A DNA stretch of 64,000 nucleotides from Pseudonocardiaceae bacterium (GTDB lineage: Bacteria > Actinomycetota > Actinomycetes > Mycobacteriales > Pseudonocardiaceae), in NCBI GenBank assembly GCA_036266995.1, contig DATAWX010000169.1:11007-75006 (forward strand), read 5' to 3'. This document shows, piece by piece, positions 44,165-54,293 of this stretch. The notes below the pieces were generated by a model that saw only the letters and a program-made list of their open reading frames with translations, searched no databases and was not told the origin of the DNA. How positions within the stretch are numbered: position 1 is the first letter of the stretch; the number at the start of each line of letters is the position of its first letter. Made by a program: the position numbers and the translations under genes.

Positions 44165-45157
44165 CGGAAGACTTCTTCTGGTCGTCGCCGCGCTTGTCGC
44201 GGCGATGGCGGGCAGCCTGGCCATCCCGCCCGCCTCGCGTACCTGAAGTACAACAACCTTCACTTGCACCTGACCGACAACGAACCGTTCCGGCTGGAAA
44301 GCTCGACCGCGCCCGGTATCACCGCGGCCGAGCATTACTCGAAGGCCGGAATCGCCGACCTGGTCGCCCTGGCGGGCCGCTACCGCATCACGGTGATCCC
44401 GAAGATCGACATGCCCAGCCACCTCGGTGCGCTGCTGGCCAACCCGTCGTACACGAACCTCGCACTCGACCCGGCTGGCGCCCGGGGCGCCATCGACATC
44501 TCCAATCCCCGCGCCCGCGCACTGCTGCGGTCGCTGGTGGCCGAATACCTGCCACTGTTCCCGGGTCCGTATTTCAGTATCGGGGCCGACGAGTACATCA
44601 CGAACCACGCCAAGTATCCGCCACTGCAGGCCTACGCGCGCACCTGCAATGCGGGAGCGACGCCCAAAGACGCGTTCTACTGCTTCGCCGACGACATGGC
44701 CAGTTTCTTGCGCCAGCGGGGCAAGGCCACCCGGATCTGGAATGACGCACTGACCGCCGAGGCGCATGCCATCCCCCTGGACCGCACAATCGTGATCGAC
44801 TATTGGATCGGCACCGTCACCGGTCCCGGCCATCTGCCGCCGCTGGACCCGAATGCCGTCGCCGCGCACGGCAACAAGGTGATAAATGCGAGCTGGCACG
44901 CGAGCATCAACGGCACCGTCTACATCACCCTGTACTACGTCGTGAGGGACACGCCGCGGCCGGCTCCCAGCCCGATGTATGAGCTGTGGAACACCACCAT
45001 GTTCGACGGAGGTCGGACGTTGACCGCCAACCTCGCCGGTTCGCAGTTCAACATCTGGTGTGACCAGCCCACCGCGGAAACCGAGGATCAGGTCGCTGAC
45101 GGGATCTGGCCGGACTTGCGCGTGTTAGCACAGAAAACCTGGGGACACCACAGCTGA
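44157..45157 (+). pseudogene. GH20 beta-N-acetylhexosaminidase-like gene whose signal peptide and catalytic core are in different frames
   Basis: ATG 44157 'MRSGRLLLVVAALVAAMAGSLAIPPASRT*' (TGA 44244-44246). The catalytic core 'LAYLKYNNLHLHLTDNEPFRLES...IPKIDMPSHLGALL...YFSIGADEY' is in another frame. The usual 'MLD.ARHF' segment preceding 'HLHLTD' is absent. Confidence 0.5.
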
Positions 45158-45209
45158 CCGGGAACTACGCCGGCTTCCAGACGATCATGGCCGCCGTCGG
45201 CAGCCCGCG

Positions 45210-46109
45210 CTAGCGAACGCCGAGTGACATCAGCGGGTGCTGGCGCGGGTCCAGCCATCGCAGGATCGCGATCACCGCCGCCCGGTCGGTCGCGACACAT
45301 CCCGTGGTAGGGCGGCCGCTGGTGACGTGGAGGAAGAACGCCGAGCCGGCGCCCGGGTGGACTGGCCAGCGGTTGTAGTCGATTACCACCGCGTAGTCGT
45401 AGACGGAACCGGCCTTACCCAGGTCTTCCCCCGCCGCTTCGTTGAACGGGCACCTGCCCGGCGCGCACGTCTGGTGGGTGTTGTAGGCGGGCGACCGGAC
45501 GTCGGATACCCACCAGTCGTTAGCGGTGGCGTGGAACCACGGTTGCCGTGTGCCGGGATTGGCAGCTCGGCCGAAGGTCTGGGTAAGGCTGAACAGGCCG
45601 GCCGGGGTCCGTGAGGTCGACTCGCTGGTCCGGCCGATCCCATCCGCGCCGATGTGCGCCGGGACCGGCCCCAGGACCGGCCTCCAGCCGTTCCCGGCCC
45701 GCTGCCAGGCCTCGATCATCGCCGTCGTGCTGCTCGCGTTGGGCGCGGTGACGAGCACCACCTGCGAGGTCGTCGCGGGTATGCCGCGCAGAGCTGCCGG
45801 AGCTGCGCTGGCGGCGGGCGCGGCGGGCGCGAGCCGACTGGGCGGCCCTTGGGCCGAGATCTGCGCGGCCGACCGCACCGCCGGTGCCCTACTGCCGGTA
45901 TCGGCGGCCAAGGAGAGAGCGCCGGGAGTCTCAGAGCCGTCGGCGCCGATGGCGCACGCCGAGGTCAGACCGGCGACGAGCAGGACGCAGATCGACGTAA
46001 TCGAAAGCAGCCCCGAAGCCCCGATGCTCCGGCTCCCGGCGCGCTTGCACTCGAGAGCGCAACGATGCGCGCATTCCTGGTTGAGTCCATCCCGCACACG
46101 CTGCAGCAT
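45210..46109 (-). CDS. L,D-transpeptidase (YkuD-fold) family protein
   Basis: Catalytic motif 'GAGSAFFLHVTSGRPTTGCVA' (His...Cys), membrane anchor 'LLSITSICVLLVAGLTSACA', Ala/Pro linker. Confidence 0.75.
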   Translation of the reverse strand: MLQRVRDGLNQECAHRCALECKRAGSRSIGASGLLSITSICVLLVAGLTSACAIGADGSETPGALSLAADTGSRAPAVRSAAQISAQGPPSRLAPAAPAASAAPAALRGIPATTSQVVLVTAPNASSTTAMIEAWQRAGNGWRPVLGPVPAHIGADGIGRTSESTSRTPAGLFSLTQTFGRAANPGTRQPWFHATANDWWVSDVRSPAYNTHQTCAPGRCPFNEAAGEDLGKAGSVYDYAVVIDYNRWPVHPGAGSAFFLHVTSGRPTTGCVATDRAAVIAILRWLDPRQHPLMSLGVR

Positions 46110-46254
46110 CGCTCGATCCCGTCCATCACCGTCGTCGCCCTGATCGTGACCGCGCCCCCAGATTCACACACGGGAGCCCAGATGTCCCCGCGCCGCGCCG
46201 ACCCTCCCCGAGCACAGCCCGCTGGCGCCCGCCCGCCGCACCGCCCTCTAACCG

Positions 46255-46317
46255 CGCAGTCTGGATGCAGACTGCGGAAATGTGACCCGAATTACCGCAT
46301 TCTGCATCCAGACTGCG
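46255..46317. promoter_or_regulatory. Perfect 17-bp inverted repeat in the L,D-transpeptidase / SDR intergenic region
   Basis: 'cgcagtctggatgcaga' (46255-46271) and 'tctgcatccagactgcg' (46301-46317). The left arm is itself nearly palindromic. Confidence 0.35.
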
Positions 46318-46448
46318 ACGGACCCGATGATGAGCCGTAGCCGTGCAGAATCGCCGTGCCATCACTCAGTTTCGGCGATCATGGCACGTGCCGACAAACC
46401 CACCTGATTAGCCAACAGCCTCGGCCGCGATCTGATCGGAGCTGCGTG

Positions 46449-46985
46449 ATGAATACCACGACGACACAGCCTGCGCTGGCCGGCTCGGTGGCCATTGTCA
46501 CTGGCGGAGGGCGCGGTATCGGGCGGGTGTTGGCGCTCGCCTTGGCCGGAGCCGGCGCCGCGGTGGGTCTGATCGCTCGCTCGCCCGACTAGCTCGCCGA
46601 GTCGGTGCAGCTGATCGAGGCGGCAGGTGGCTTCGCCGCCGCGGCCAGTGCGGACCTCAGCGACTCTGAGGCCGCCGCGACCGCCGTCGACAAGCTGCGC
46701 CACGAGCTCGGCCCTGTCGACTTGCTCGTCAACAACGCCGGGATCAGCGGGCCGGCCGGACCCGCCTGGGAGGTCCCGGAGCAGGACTGGTGGCGCACCG
46801 TCGAGGTCAACCCGCGCAGTGTGGAGCGGTGCAGTCGACTCGTGTTGCCGGAGATGGTCGACTGCGGGCGTGGCCGGATCGTGAACGTGACCAGCCAGGC
46901 CGGTGCCTTTCGCTGGCCATTGGCCGCACCGGAGGACGAATTGCGTCGGGTGCTCCACCGGCTGCTCGGGCGAGAGATTGGTTGA
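46449..46985 (+). pseudogene. SDR-family oxidoreductase with an in-frame TAG and a truncated C-terminus
   Basis: 'VAIVTGGGRGIGRVLALALAGAGAAVGLIARSPD' TAG(46590-46592) 'LAESVQLIEAAGG...[13 protein letters not shown]...GRIVNVTSQAGAFRWP'. The catalytic YxxxK region is missing before the stop at 46985. Confidence 0.65.
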
Positions 46986-47013
46986 TACTTACTACCGGGC
47001 ATTACAGTTCGGG

Positions 47014-49075
47014 ATGATTCCCGTCCTGCTCGAACGGCTCCACGCCAGCTACGTGGCCGAGGAGGCGTGGCCGCTGATGCGCACCGAATTGGTGGGTCGC
47101 GAACGGGAGTTGGCCGCGCTCGTGGAGCACCTCGAGTCAGCTCTCGCGACGCATCCGCGCGTCGTGTTGTGCCGGGGCGAACCGGGGATTGGCAAGACCC
47201 GCATGGCGGAGGAGCTGATCGGGCTGGCGGTGACGCGGCGCGTCCCGGTGGCCTGGGGGTCGGCGGCGGAGTCGGGCGGCGCGCCCCCGTACTGGCCGTG
47301 GCGGCAGGTGCTGCGCGCGGTGTCCGCCGGCGTCGACGTCATCAAGATCGCCGACGAGCTCGGAGTGACTCCCGACCTCGGACGGCTCGCACCCGACGTA
47401 TTCGACGCTCCAGGCGGTGATCGGAGGGGCAGTGGCTCGAGCGAGGACCGGTTTCGGCTCTTCGACGCGGTCGCCCAGCTGCTGAGCGATATCACCACGC
47501 ACGCACCGTGGGTCATCGTGTTCGACGACGCGCATCGAGCGGATTACGGCTCGTTGCTGCTGCTGCACCACGTGGTGCGCACGCTGGCTCGCGAGCGGCT
47601 GCTGGTGATGGTGAATCACCGCGACACCGAACCCGTGCACGACGTCCTCGTCACGGGACTTGCTCGGGAGCCGGCCACCCGGCGGATCGACCTGCGCGGT
47701 TTGGCCGCTCCCGCCGTCGGTCAGCAGCTCGCCGCGCTGGTCGGGTACCACGTCGCACCGGCGCAGGTGAAGCGGGTGCACGCGATCACGGGTGGCAACC
47801 CCTTTTTCGTCGGTGAGATGGGCTGGGCGCTGGCCGACGCAGGCCCAGCCGCGTCGGCGGTCCCGGTCCCGCCGAGCGTGCTGCAAACGATCAACGAACG
47901 GCTCGACCGGCTCCCGCCGAAGTCCGCGCGGCTGCTGGACGCGGCGTCGATCGTCGGCCGGGAGTTCTCCGTCGAGGTGCTCGCCCGGATGGTGGGCGAG
48001 CCCGTGCTCGGCTGCCTGGGTCAGCTCGACGACGCAGCCGCCGCCGGCCTGATCGAGCCCACGGAGTCGACCGGCGAGCATCGATTCGTGCACGTCTTGA
48101 TTCGGGACGCGATCGAGGCCGGCTTGGGCACAGCCGAGCGGGCACAGCTGCACAGGTCGGCGGCCGAGGCCGTGGAGGTGCTGCACGCCGGCCGTCTCGA
48201 GCCGCGTCTGTCGGATCTCGCCCGGCACTGGGCGGCCGCGGCCGTGCTCGGTGACCGGGGACGCGCTACCGGTTGGATCCGGCGGGCCGCGGCTGAGGCG
48301 GTGGGTCGGCTCGTCTACGAGGAGGGCGTCCGGCTTTACCGGCTCGCGCTCGACGTCGGCGGTGGCGAGCTCGACGATCTCGACTGCTGCGAACTGCTGC
48401 TCGCGCTCGGCTGCGCGCAGAGCCTGTCCGGGGACCACCCGGGCCGGCTGCGCACCTGCCGGAGTGCGGCCGATCTCGCGCGTTCGATGGCGCGGCCCGA
48501 TCTCATCGCAGAGGCAGCCCTGATCTTGGAGGGCGGCGACGGAGCCGAGGCCGATCGGTTGGTCAGGCGGCTGTGCGAGGAGGTCCTCCGGTGGCTGGGT
48601 CCGCAGTCCTCCTCGCTGCGGGCCAGGGTCGCGGCCGGCCTGGCCCGCGCGTGCATCTACCTCGATGACATCGATGCCGCCGCGCGAGCCAGCGAGCAGG
48701 CACTGGCCATGGCGAACCAGTGCGACGATCGGGCCGCGGTGGTGGCGACGTTACGAGCCCGCCAGCTGGTTCGCTGCGATCCGGACGGGACCGACGAACG
48801 GTCCGACCTGGCCGCGCGGCTGCTGGAGATCGGCCGGGAGGCCTCGGACCCCGAGACCCAGATGTGGGCCCACCTCTGGCGGATCGACGTGATGTTGCAG
48901 CGCGGCGACCTCTGCGGCGTCGGCCGGGAGCTCGATCCCCTGGCCTGGTGTGTCAATGAGCTGGGCGGGCCGGTCGCGCGCTGGCACCTGCTCCGCTGCC
49001 GCGCAGCACATTCTCACCAAGCTCGACCTGCCGAACCGGAGCCGGATCGCGGTCTGGATCACCAGCCGCAGTTGA
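47014..49075 (+). pseudogene. Second LAL-type (AAA plus TPR plus LuxR) regulator with most of its HTH deleted or frameshifted
   Basis: Walker A 'GEPGIGKTRMAEEL', long TPR-like region. Only the last HTH helix 'QHILTKLDLPNRSRIAVWITSRS*' survives, in a different frame ending TGA 49073-49075. The main frame runs on to 49095. Confidence 0.55.
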
Positions 49076-49097
49076 GCCTGGATGCACCGCGCTGATT

Positions 49098-50670
49098 CCT
49101 TGACCTAATAGTTGATCTTTGTGGTGTGGTGTGTTGGTCGGGGCGTGGGAGATCCGCCGGTCTGCTCGGCTTTTCCACTGGTGGTCTCCGGTCGCGGCCT
49201 GGGGCCGGTGGTCAGGCGGCTGCGGGGAGCGGGTCGTGCAGGGCGTGGCGGAACAGTTCGTCGAGGCTGGGTTCCCAGGGCCAGTTCCGTGGCAGGTGCA
49301 GGACCAGTTGGCCCGCGGAGCGGGCGATCCGTGCGGGGGTGTTGATCAGTTGGGCGCGGATGGTGCCGGTTCGGGCGTGGGCGTGGAATGCCGAGGCCAG
49401 CGCGCCGGCGGCGCGGGTGAGGTTGTGAGAGATCGCCGCGCAGACTAACCAGGCGGAATTGGCGGTGAACACACCCGAGGGTAGGTGGGCCAACGCGGAG
49501 TCCTTCAGGTCGGCGATGACTTGCTCGATGATGGCGTGGTCGCGGTGGGTGGCCTCGGCGGCGAGCATCGGTTCGGGGCTGTCGGTGAACACCGCGTGGT
49601 AGCGGTAGACGGCGAACATCTCGGCCTGCCCGGCCGCGAGGGTGGCCGGGTGCAGTCGGCGGATCCGGCGCACGATCAGCCGGGCGGTGATGTGCTCGGT
49701 GTGGCGGCGTCCGGTGAACGCGGTGAAGCCGATCTCGGCGACCTCGGCGTCGGAGACCCAGCGCTGCTCGTGGTCGTCGAAGATCGCGTTCGGGTAGCGG
49801 ATCGGCACCCAGGCCTGCTCGCCGATGGTGGTGATGGCCCTGGTCACGGTCGCGGTCAGGCGGGCGGTGACGGAGAACCGGGCCCCGGCACGGCGGGCGG
49901 CGGCGATGATGTCGTGGCTGTAGTAGGCCGAGTCGGCGCGCACGATCAGCAGCCCGGTGGCACCGGAGCGCCGCGCGGTGGCCAGGGCGTCGGCGAGCAG
50001 GCTCGCCGCGCCGCGCACCGAGTTCGTCGCTCCTTTGCGTAGGCGGGTGGCGGCGATCACCGGCACGGACAGCGGTGTGGAGATCGTGGCCAGCAGCGCG
50101 TTGAGGCCCTTGACGCCGGTGTAGCCGCGCCCGGTGCCCTGCTTGGCATAGCCATAAGTCGCCCGCACGGTGTCGTCGATGTCGACGAACGCGATCTGAT
50201 CGGCGCCGGTCAGGATCGGGGTCGAACCGGCCAACCGGGCGAGGAACCGGGCGGCCACGGCGTCGAGTTGGCGGACGTGACCGAAGCGCAACAGCCGCAG
50301 AAACGTGCCCAACGTTGACGGGGCCCGGATATCGGTGAACAACCGGCCCATCGCGCCGTGGCGCAACAGGTCCATGTCGCTGATCGAGTCGGCGCCAGCG
50401 ACCATCCCCGCGACCAGCGCCAGGACTTTCGCCGTGGCGTTCGCGCCGCCCTTGGCGGCGATGTGCAGCCGGTCGGTCAGCAGTGCCGCCAGCCCGCACC
50501 CAGCGGCCAGCGCCATGACCGCCGTGAGCCCCGCGCACGACACGAGATTGGGATCATCGAACCGCACACTCATCGCGCGGCGGGCATGAGATAGTCGCAT
50601 CCAGCGGATGCCCTTCTCCTCGGTGACACAGGACTCTCGACAAGCCCTATCGTCCCAGGTCAGAAGGGCA
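49098..50670 (-). mobile_element. IS1380-family insertion sequence (boundaries approximate)
   Basis: A single DDE transposase ORF flanked by imperfect terminal inverted repeats: left 'ccttgacctaatagttgatctttgt' versus the reverse complement of the right end 'ccttctgacctgggacgatagggcttgt'. No clear target-site duplication seen. Confidence 0.6.
49212..50600 (-). CDS. IS1380-family DDE transposase
   Basis: 462 aa. 'FDDPNLVSCAGL...', 'FVDIDDT', 'IVRADSAYYSHDII' and 'HAIIEQVIADLK' are characteristic of IS1380-type transposases (from memory). Confidence 0.8.
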   Translation of the reverse strand: MRLSHARRAMSVRFDDPNLVSCAGLTAVMALAAGCGLAALLTDRLHIAAKGGANATAKVLALVAGMVAGADSISDMDLLRHGAMGRLFTDIRAPSTLGTFLRLLRFGHVRQLDAVAARFLARLAGSTPILTGADQIAFVDIDDTVRATYGYAKQGTGRGYTGVKGLNALLATISTPLSVPVIAATRLRKGATNSVRGAASLLADALATARRSGATGLLIVRADSAYYSHDIIAAARRAGARFSVTARLTATVTRAITTIGEQAWVPIRYPNAIFDDHEQRWVSDAEVAEIGFTAFTGRRHTEHITARLIVRRIRRLHPATLAAGQAEMFAVYRYHAVFTDSPEPMLAAEATHRDHAIIEQVIADLKDSALAHLPSGVFTANSAWLVCAAISHNLTRAAGALASAFHAHARTGTIRAQLINTPARIARSAGQLVLHLPRNWPWEPSLDELFRHALHDPLPAAA

Positions 50671-51198
50671 TTCGTGCGTCACGACGCGCCATCAGAGGCC
50701 AATTCTGCGGTGCATCCAGGTTGAGTATGCGGGCTGAGTAATTCGGCGGACGCCGTCACACCGCGCGCTTCACTACCGTGCTCAGGTGCACTGAGCTTAC
50801 GTCCATTGCGACCGAGATAATCAGCTGAAAGGGGGTACGTGAAGTGGACACGTACGCATTCCAGGCAGAACTCACCCGTATCACCCCGGTTGGGTCTGAC
50901 CGCTCTGGGCCTCCGTATCGACTTTGGTTTCGCTGGCAGCCTCACCGAAGGTCGACTTACCGGGTGCACTCTATCTATCCACCGCTGCCGCCGCGGTGTA
51001 CGGCTTCACCGGCTCGGCGAACGTTGTCACGCGGATACTCAAGGTATCGGCGCGCTCCCTCGCCGGCAGCAGCCGACCAGTAGGCGTCGGCTGAGCTGAA
51101 ACCCAGCTGGATTGTGGCTGGGTTTCAAAAAACGCTCTATCTTGATGAAATCTCCGACGAGGCGCAACCCGCGCTGACCGACGATTCAAGGGATTGAC

Positions 51199-52009
51199 AT
51201 GGTTGCAAGCGTATCGGCAGCCGAATGGCAGCAGAGCCAGGATGCACTCCGCGATGAGGTACGGCGGGTGACGTCTCTGATGCGCTCCATCAGTGATCCG
51301 GGAGTTCCCGCGGTGGGCCAGTGGACACTCGCTGAGGTTGCCATGCATCTCTCGCAGATCTGGATAACGATGCCTGGGATGGCACGGCGGGACCTCTCGC
51401 GGTACCATGAGATGGTGCCCAGCATCGCTGGGGTGGCCGGCGACTCGCTGATCCGGGACATGTGGGACAACGCTGACATGAACGCGCTCGGGTTGACGTC
51501 CGACACCGAGCGCGATCTGGCTGTTCTGGCTGACCGCATCGAGGAGCGGGCGCAGGAGTGCCCCGCCCCTCTCCGCCCTGACCGGCGGCCTGCTGAGCGA
51601 AACGGTCATGCACGGTTACGACATCGCCCACGCCGCCGGCCGCAAGTGGAGGATCGAGCCAACCCATGCGGCCACGATGGTGCGGCAATTCTTCGTCCCG
51701 GTGTTACAAACGGTCGACCCTCGGACGTTTGTCAACGCCGAGAAGGCGGCTGGCCTCCGAGTAAGCTACGAACTGCACCTGCGGGGAGACTGCCGCCTGG
51801 TTTTCGTTTTCGACGATGGGTCGCTCAGGGTCGAAGAGCCGTCGACCCGGCGGGTCGACTGCCATATCTTGGCCGATCCTGTAGCGTTCTTCATGGTGTT
51901 CTGGAACCGTCAGAGCCAGTGGAACGCGATCGCCAAGGGTCAGCTCATAGCCTGGGGTCGCAAGCCCTGGCTGGGTCTGAAGTTCAGGTCCTTGGTCCGC
52001 AATCCCTAG
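51199..52009 (+). pseudogene. DinB/MDMPI-like (mycothiol-dependent maleylpyruvate isomerase family) gene with a frameshift near 51560
   Basis: N-terminal 'VGQWTLAEVAMHLSQI' in the 51199 frame. The continuation 'LSALTGGLLSETVMHGYDIAHAAGRKWRIEP...CHILADPVAFFMVFWNRQSQWNAIAKGQLIAWGRKPWL' is in the 51608-52009 frame. The junction is at the 'ccccgcccc' run. Confidence 0.55.
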
Positions 52010-52053
52010 CTGTCCGCCTGCTCCCCCGAGAAGTGGTCAGTAAGGTGTTCGGG

Positions 52054-52542
52054 ATGCGCATGTCCGACCTTCCCTCTGTCGAGGTTTCGCTCACCTTGGC
52101 CGCTCCGCCGGAGCGGGTCTGGGCGCTGGCCAGTGACGTCACGCGGGTGGGCGCCTGGGGCGGCGAGTGCGTCGAGGCTGCGTGGGTGAATGGGGCTGAC
52201 GGCCCCGCGGTCGGGGCCCACTTCCTCGGTCATCAGGTCCGGGGGGACCGGAAATGGGAGACAACGTCAGTGGTCATCGAGTCGGAGCCCGGTGTCAGCT
52301 TCGCGTGGGCGGTAGGAGACCCGGCGAACGCCGCCGCTACCTGGAGATACCAGATGACCGCCGACGGATCCGGCGGCACCGTGCTGCGCTACCGGGCCGT
52401 CATGGGTCCCGGCCCCTCCGGACTGACGGCCGTGATCGCTGAGATGCCCGACCGCGAGGAGAGCATCATCGCCAGGCGGATGAAGGACCATGAACGGAAC
52501 ATGACGGCGACGCTCGAAGCCATCAAACGGGCGGCCGAGTAG
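52054..52542 (+). CDS. SRPBCC (START/polyketide-cyclase-like) family protein
   Basis: '[30 protein letters not shown]...[21 protein letters not shown]....ATWRYQM...GTVLRY'. In the track it is artificially fused to the upstream ORF. Confidence 0.75.
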   Translation: MRMSDLPSVEVSLTLAAPPERVWALASDVTRVGAWGGECVEAAWVNGADGPAVGAHFLGHQVRGDRKWETTSVVIESEPGVSFAWAVGDPANAAATWRYQMTADGSGGTVLRYRAVMGPGPSGLTAVIAEMPDREESIIARRMKDHERNMTATLEAIKRAAE

Positions 52543-53473
52543 ACGTGGCTTCATCAACGCGGATGGGCAGGGCCACGCCGGTGAGGCGTTCGGCCTCAGC
52601 CCACAAGCGGGCGTTGGTCGCGGCGTCGAGGGCCCTGCGGGGTGGCCGGGCTGTGACGGTAGGGCCGACCAGGCCGAATCGTCCGCCTGGACCGTAGTAT
52701 CCGCCGGCGACGGCCTGGGGGCTGGTCGCGGCGTACAGCAGCGGCTCGGCGCCCTGCTCAACGCCCTGTGACGGCACGATGGCACTGAGCAGAGCGTATA
52801 GGCCCGCCGGCTTGTCGCGCCCGAGGCTCGGACCTGCCGTCTGGAGATTGGTGCGGGTGTAGCCGGGGTGCGCACCGGTGCTCATCAGGTTCCAGTCGTG
52901 CTCGGCGGCCACCGCCGCGAGGTGCTGGGTGAACATGAGGTCGGCGAGCTTGGACTGGGCGTAGGAGAGAGTGGCGCTGTAGCGGCGCTCCCACTGCAGG
53001 TCCTGAAAGCGGATCCGACCGTAGTCCGCCGCGAGGCTGCTCATGGTGGCCACTCGCAGCGCCTCCGCGGCGAGCACCAGTGGCAGGAGCCGGACCGTCA
53101 GGGCGAAGGGGCCGAGGAAATTGCTGCCCATCTGTAGCTCGAATCCGTCGGCTGTGGTCATGCGGGTGGGCGGAGCCATCACCCCGGCGTTGTTGACCAA
53201 CAGGTCCAGGGGTGCACCGTCGGCGATGAGCCCCTCGGCGAACTGCGTCACCGAGGCCAGGTCGGCCAGGTCGACCTGGCGCACCTCGAGCTGGGCGTGC
53301 GGGTGCTGCGCCAGGATCTCGGCGCGGGCCTGCTCGCCCTTGGCGCCCGTGCGGACGGCCATCACGACACGAGCCCCGGCACCGGCGAGCCGCCGGGTGG
53401 TTTCCTTGCCGGTACCGCTGTTGGCGCCGGTAACGACCGCGAACTTGCCGCTCTGGTCAGGGACGACGTACAT
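52523..53473 (-). CDS. SDR-family oxidoreductase (classical, retinol-dehydrogenase-like)
   Basis: '[18 protein letters not shown]' (TGxxxGxG), 'LLVNNAGVM', 'YAQSKLA' (YxxxK). Confidence 0.85.
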   Translation of the reverse strand: MYVVPDQSGKFAVVTGANSGTGKETTRRLAGAGARVVMAVRTGAKGEQARAEILAQHPHAQLEVRQVDLADLASVTQFAEGLIADGAPLDLLVNNAGVMAPPTRMTTADGFELQMGSNFLGPFALTVRLLPLVLAAEALRVATMSSLAADYGRIRFQDLQWERRYSATLSYAQSKLADLMFTQHLAAVAAEHDWNLMSTGAHPGYTRTNLQTAGPSLGRDKPAGLYALLSAIVPSQGVEQGAEPLLYAATSPQAVAGGYYGPGGRFGLVGPTVTARPPRRALDAATNARLWAEAERLTGVALPIRVDEATSTRPPV

Positions 53474-53497
53474 GGTGACTCCTCTGACGCTTCTTAA

Positions 53498-53565
53498 AGA
53501 CTATCGGTCTGTTACCACAATCAAGCTAACAGACCGATGGTCTTCTAACAAGAGACCGGAGGTCT
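53498..53565. promoter_or_regulatory. Candidate TetR operator(s) between the SDR and TetR genes
   Basis: 17-bp inverted repeat 'agactatcggtctgtta' (53498-53514) / 'taacagaccgatggtct' (53527-53543), 16/17 complementary, plus a related palindrome 'agaccggaggtct' at 53553-53565. Confidence 0.5.
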
Positions 53566-53572
53566 GTAAACT

Positions 53573-54256
53573 GTGGCGATGATGTCGTTCAAGCGCGCGC
53601 ACAGCGAGGAGCAACGGACCGAGCGCCGGCGGATGATCCTGGACACCGCGGCCGCGATGCTGACCGAGATGCCCGTGGCTCAAGTCAGCCTCAACGAGCT
53701 GAGCCGACGGGTCGGCCTGGCGAAGTCGAACGTGCTGCGCTACTTCGAGTCCCGCGAGGCCGTCCTGCTCGAACTGCTCGACGCCGCGTCACGGGAGTGG
53801 CTGGAGCTGCTCGGCGACACGCTGACCGCCGCGGTCGACACCGGCGCAGCCGCGTCCGAGTGTGGCGATCAGTTGGCCGCCACACTCGCGGCCTCGCTGG
53901 CGGCCCGTCCGGTGTTGTGCGACCTGATCAGCACGCAGGCAGCGGTGCTCGAGCACAACGTCTCCCCGCAGGTCGCCGCGCGGTACAAGCGGGCCGCCAT
54001 CGCCAATGTCGGTGTTCTGGCGCGGCTGATCCGCCAACACCTGAGTGAGCTCGGCGAGCACGACGCGCAGCGGCTCGCCGTCGCCGTCATCCTGGTGACC
54101 GGCGCAGTGTGGACTCACGCACGCCCATCGGCCGCGATGCTGGCCGCCTACGAGGCCGACCCAGAATTGGCCGCCATGCGGTTCGATTTCACCACAACCC
54201 TCCGCGAGATACTCCAAGTGCTGATCACGGGACTGCTCGCACGTCCATCGCGCTGA
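53573..54256 (+). CDS. TetR/AcrR family transcriptional regulator
   Basis: 'RRRMILDTAAAMLTEMPVAQVSLNELSRRVGLAKSNVLRYFESREAVLLELL'. Confidence 0.85.
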   Translation: MAMMSFKRAHSEEQRTERRRMILDTAAAMLTEMPVAQVSLNELSRRVGLAKSNVLRYFESREAVLLELLDAASREWLELLGDTLTAAVDTGAAASECGDQLAATLAASLAARPVLCDLISTQAAVLEHNVSPQVAARYKRAAIANVGVLARLIRQHLSELGEHDAQRLAVAVILVTGAVWTHARPSAAMLAAYEADPELAAMRFDFTTTLREILQVLITGLLARPSR

Positions 54257-54293
54257 CCCTCGAAGCAATCGGTCTGGACTGAGCAGCTCTCTC

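Noticed and set aside
49090-50675. Target-site duplication for the IS1380-like element.
   Set aside because: Flanks ('ctgatt' on the left, 'gcattc' on the right) do not form a convincing direct repeat with any of the end positions I tried. The ends are therefore reported as approximate.
50671-51190. Minus-strand ORF 50679-50969 and a P-loop-like string 'SAPGKSTFGE' next to the IS element.
   Set aside because: The P-loop-like piece is only ~30 codons between stops and is in a different frame from the listed ORF. There is too little to call even a pseudogene.
50971-51609. 212-aa minus-strand ORF.
   Set aside because: It is antisense to the recognisable DinB/MDMPI-like gene and has no motifs.
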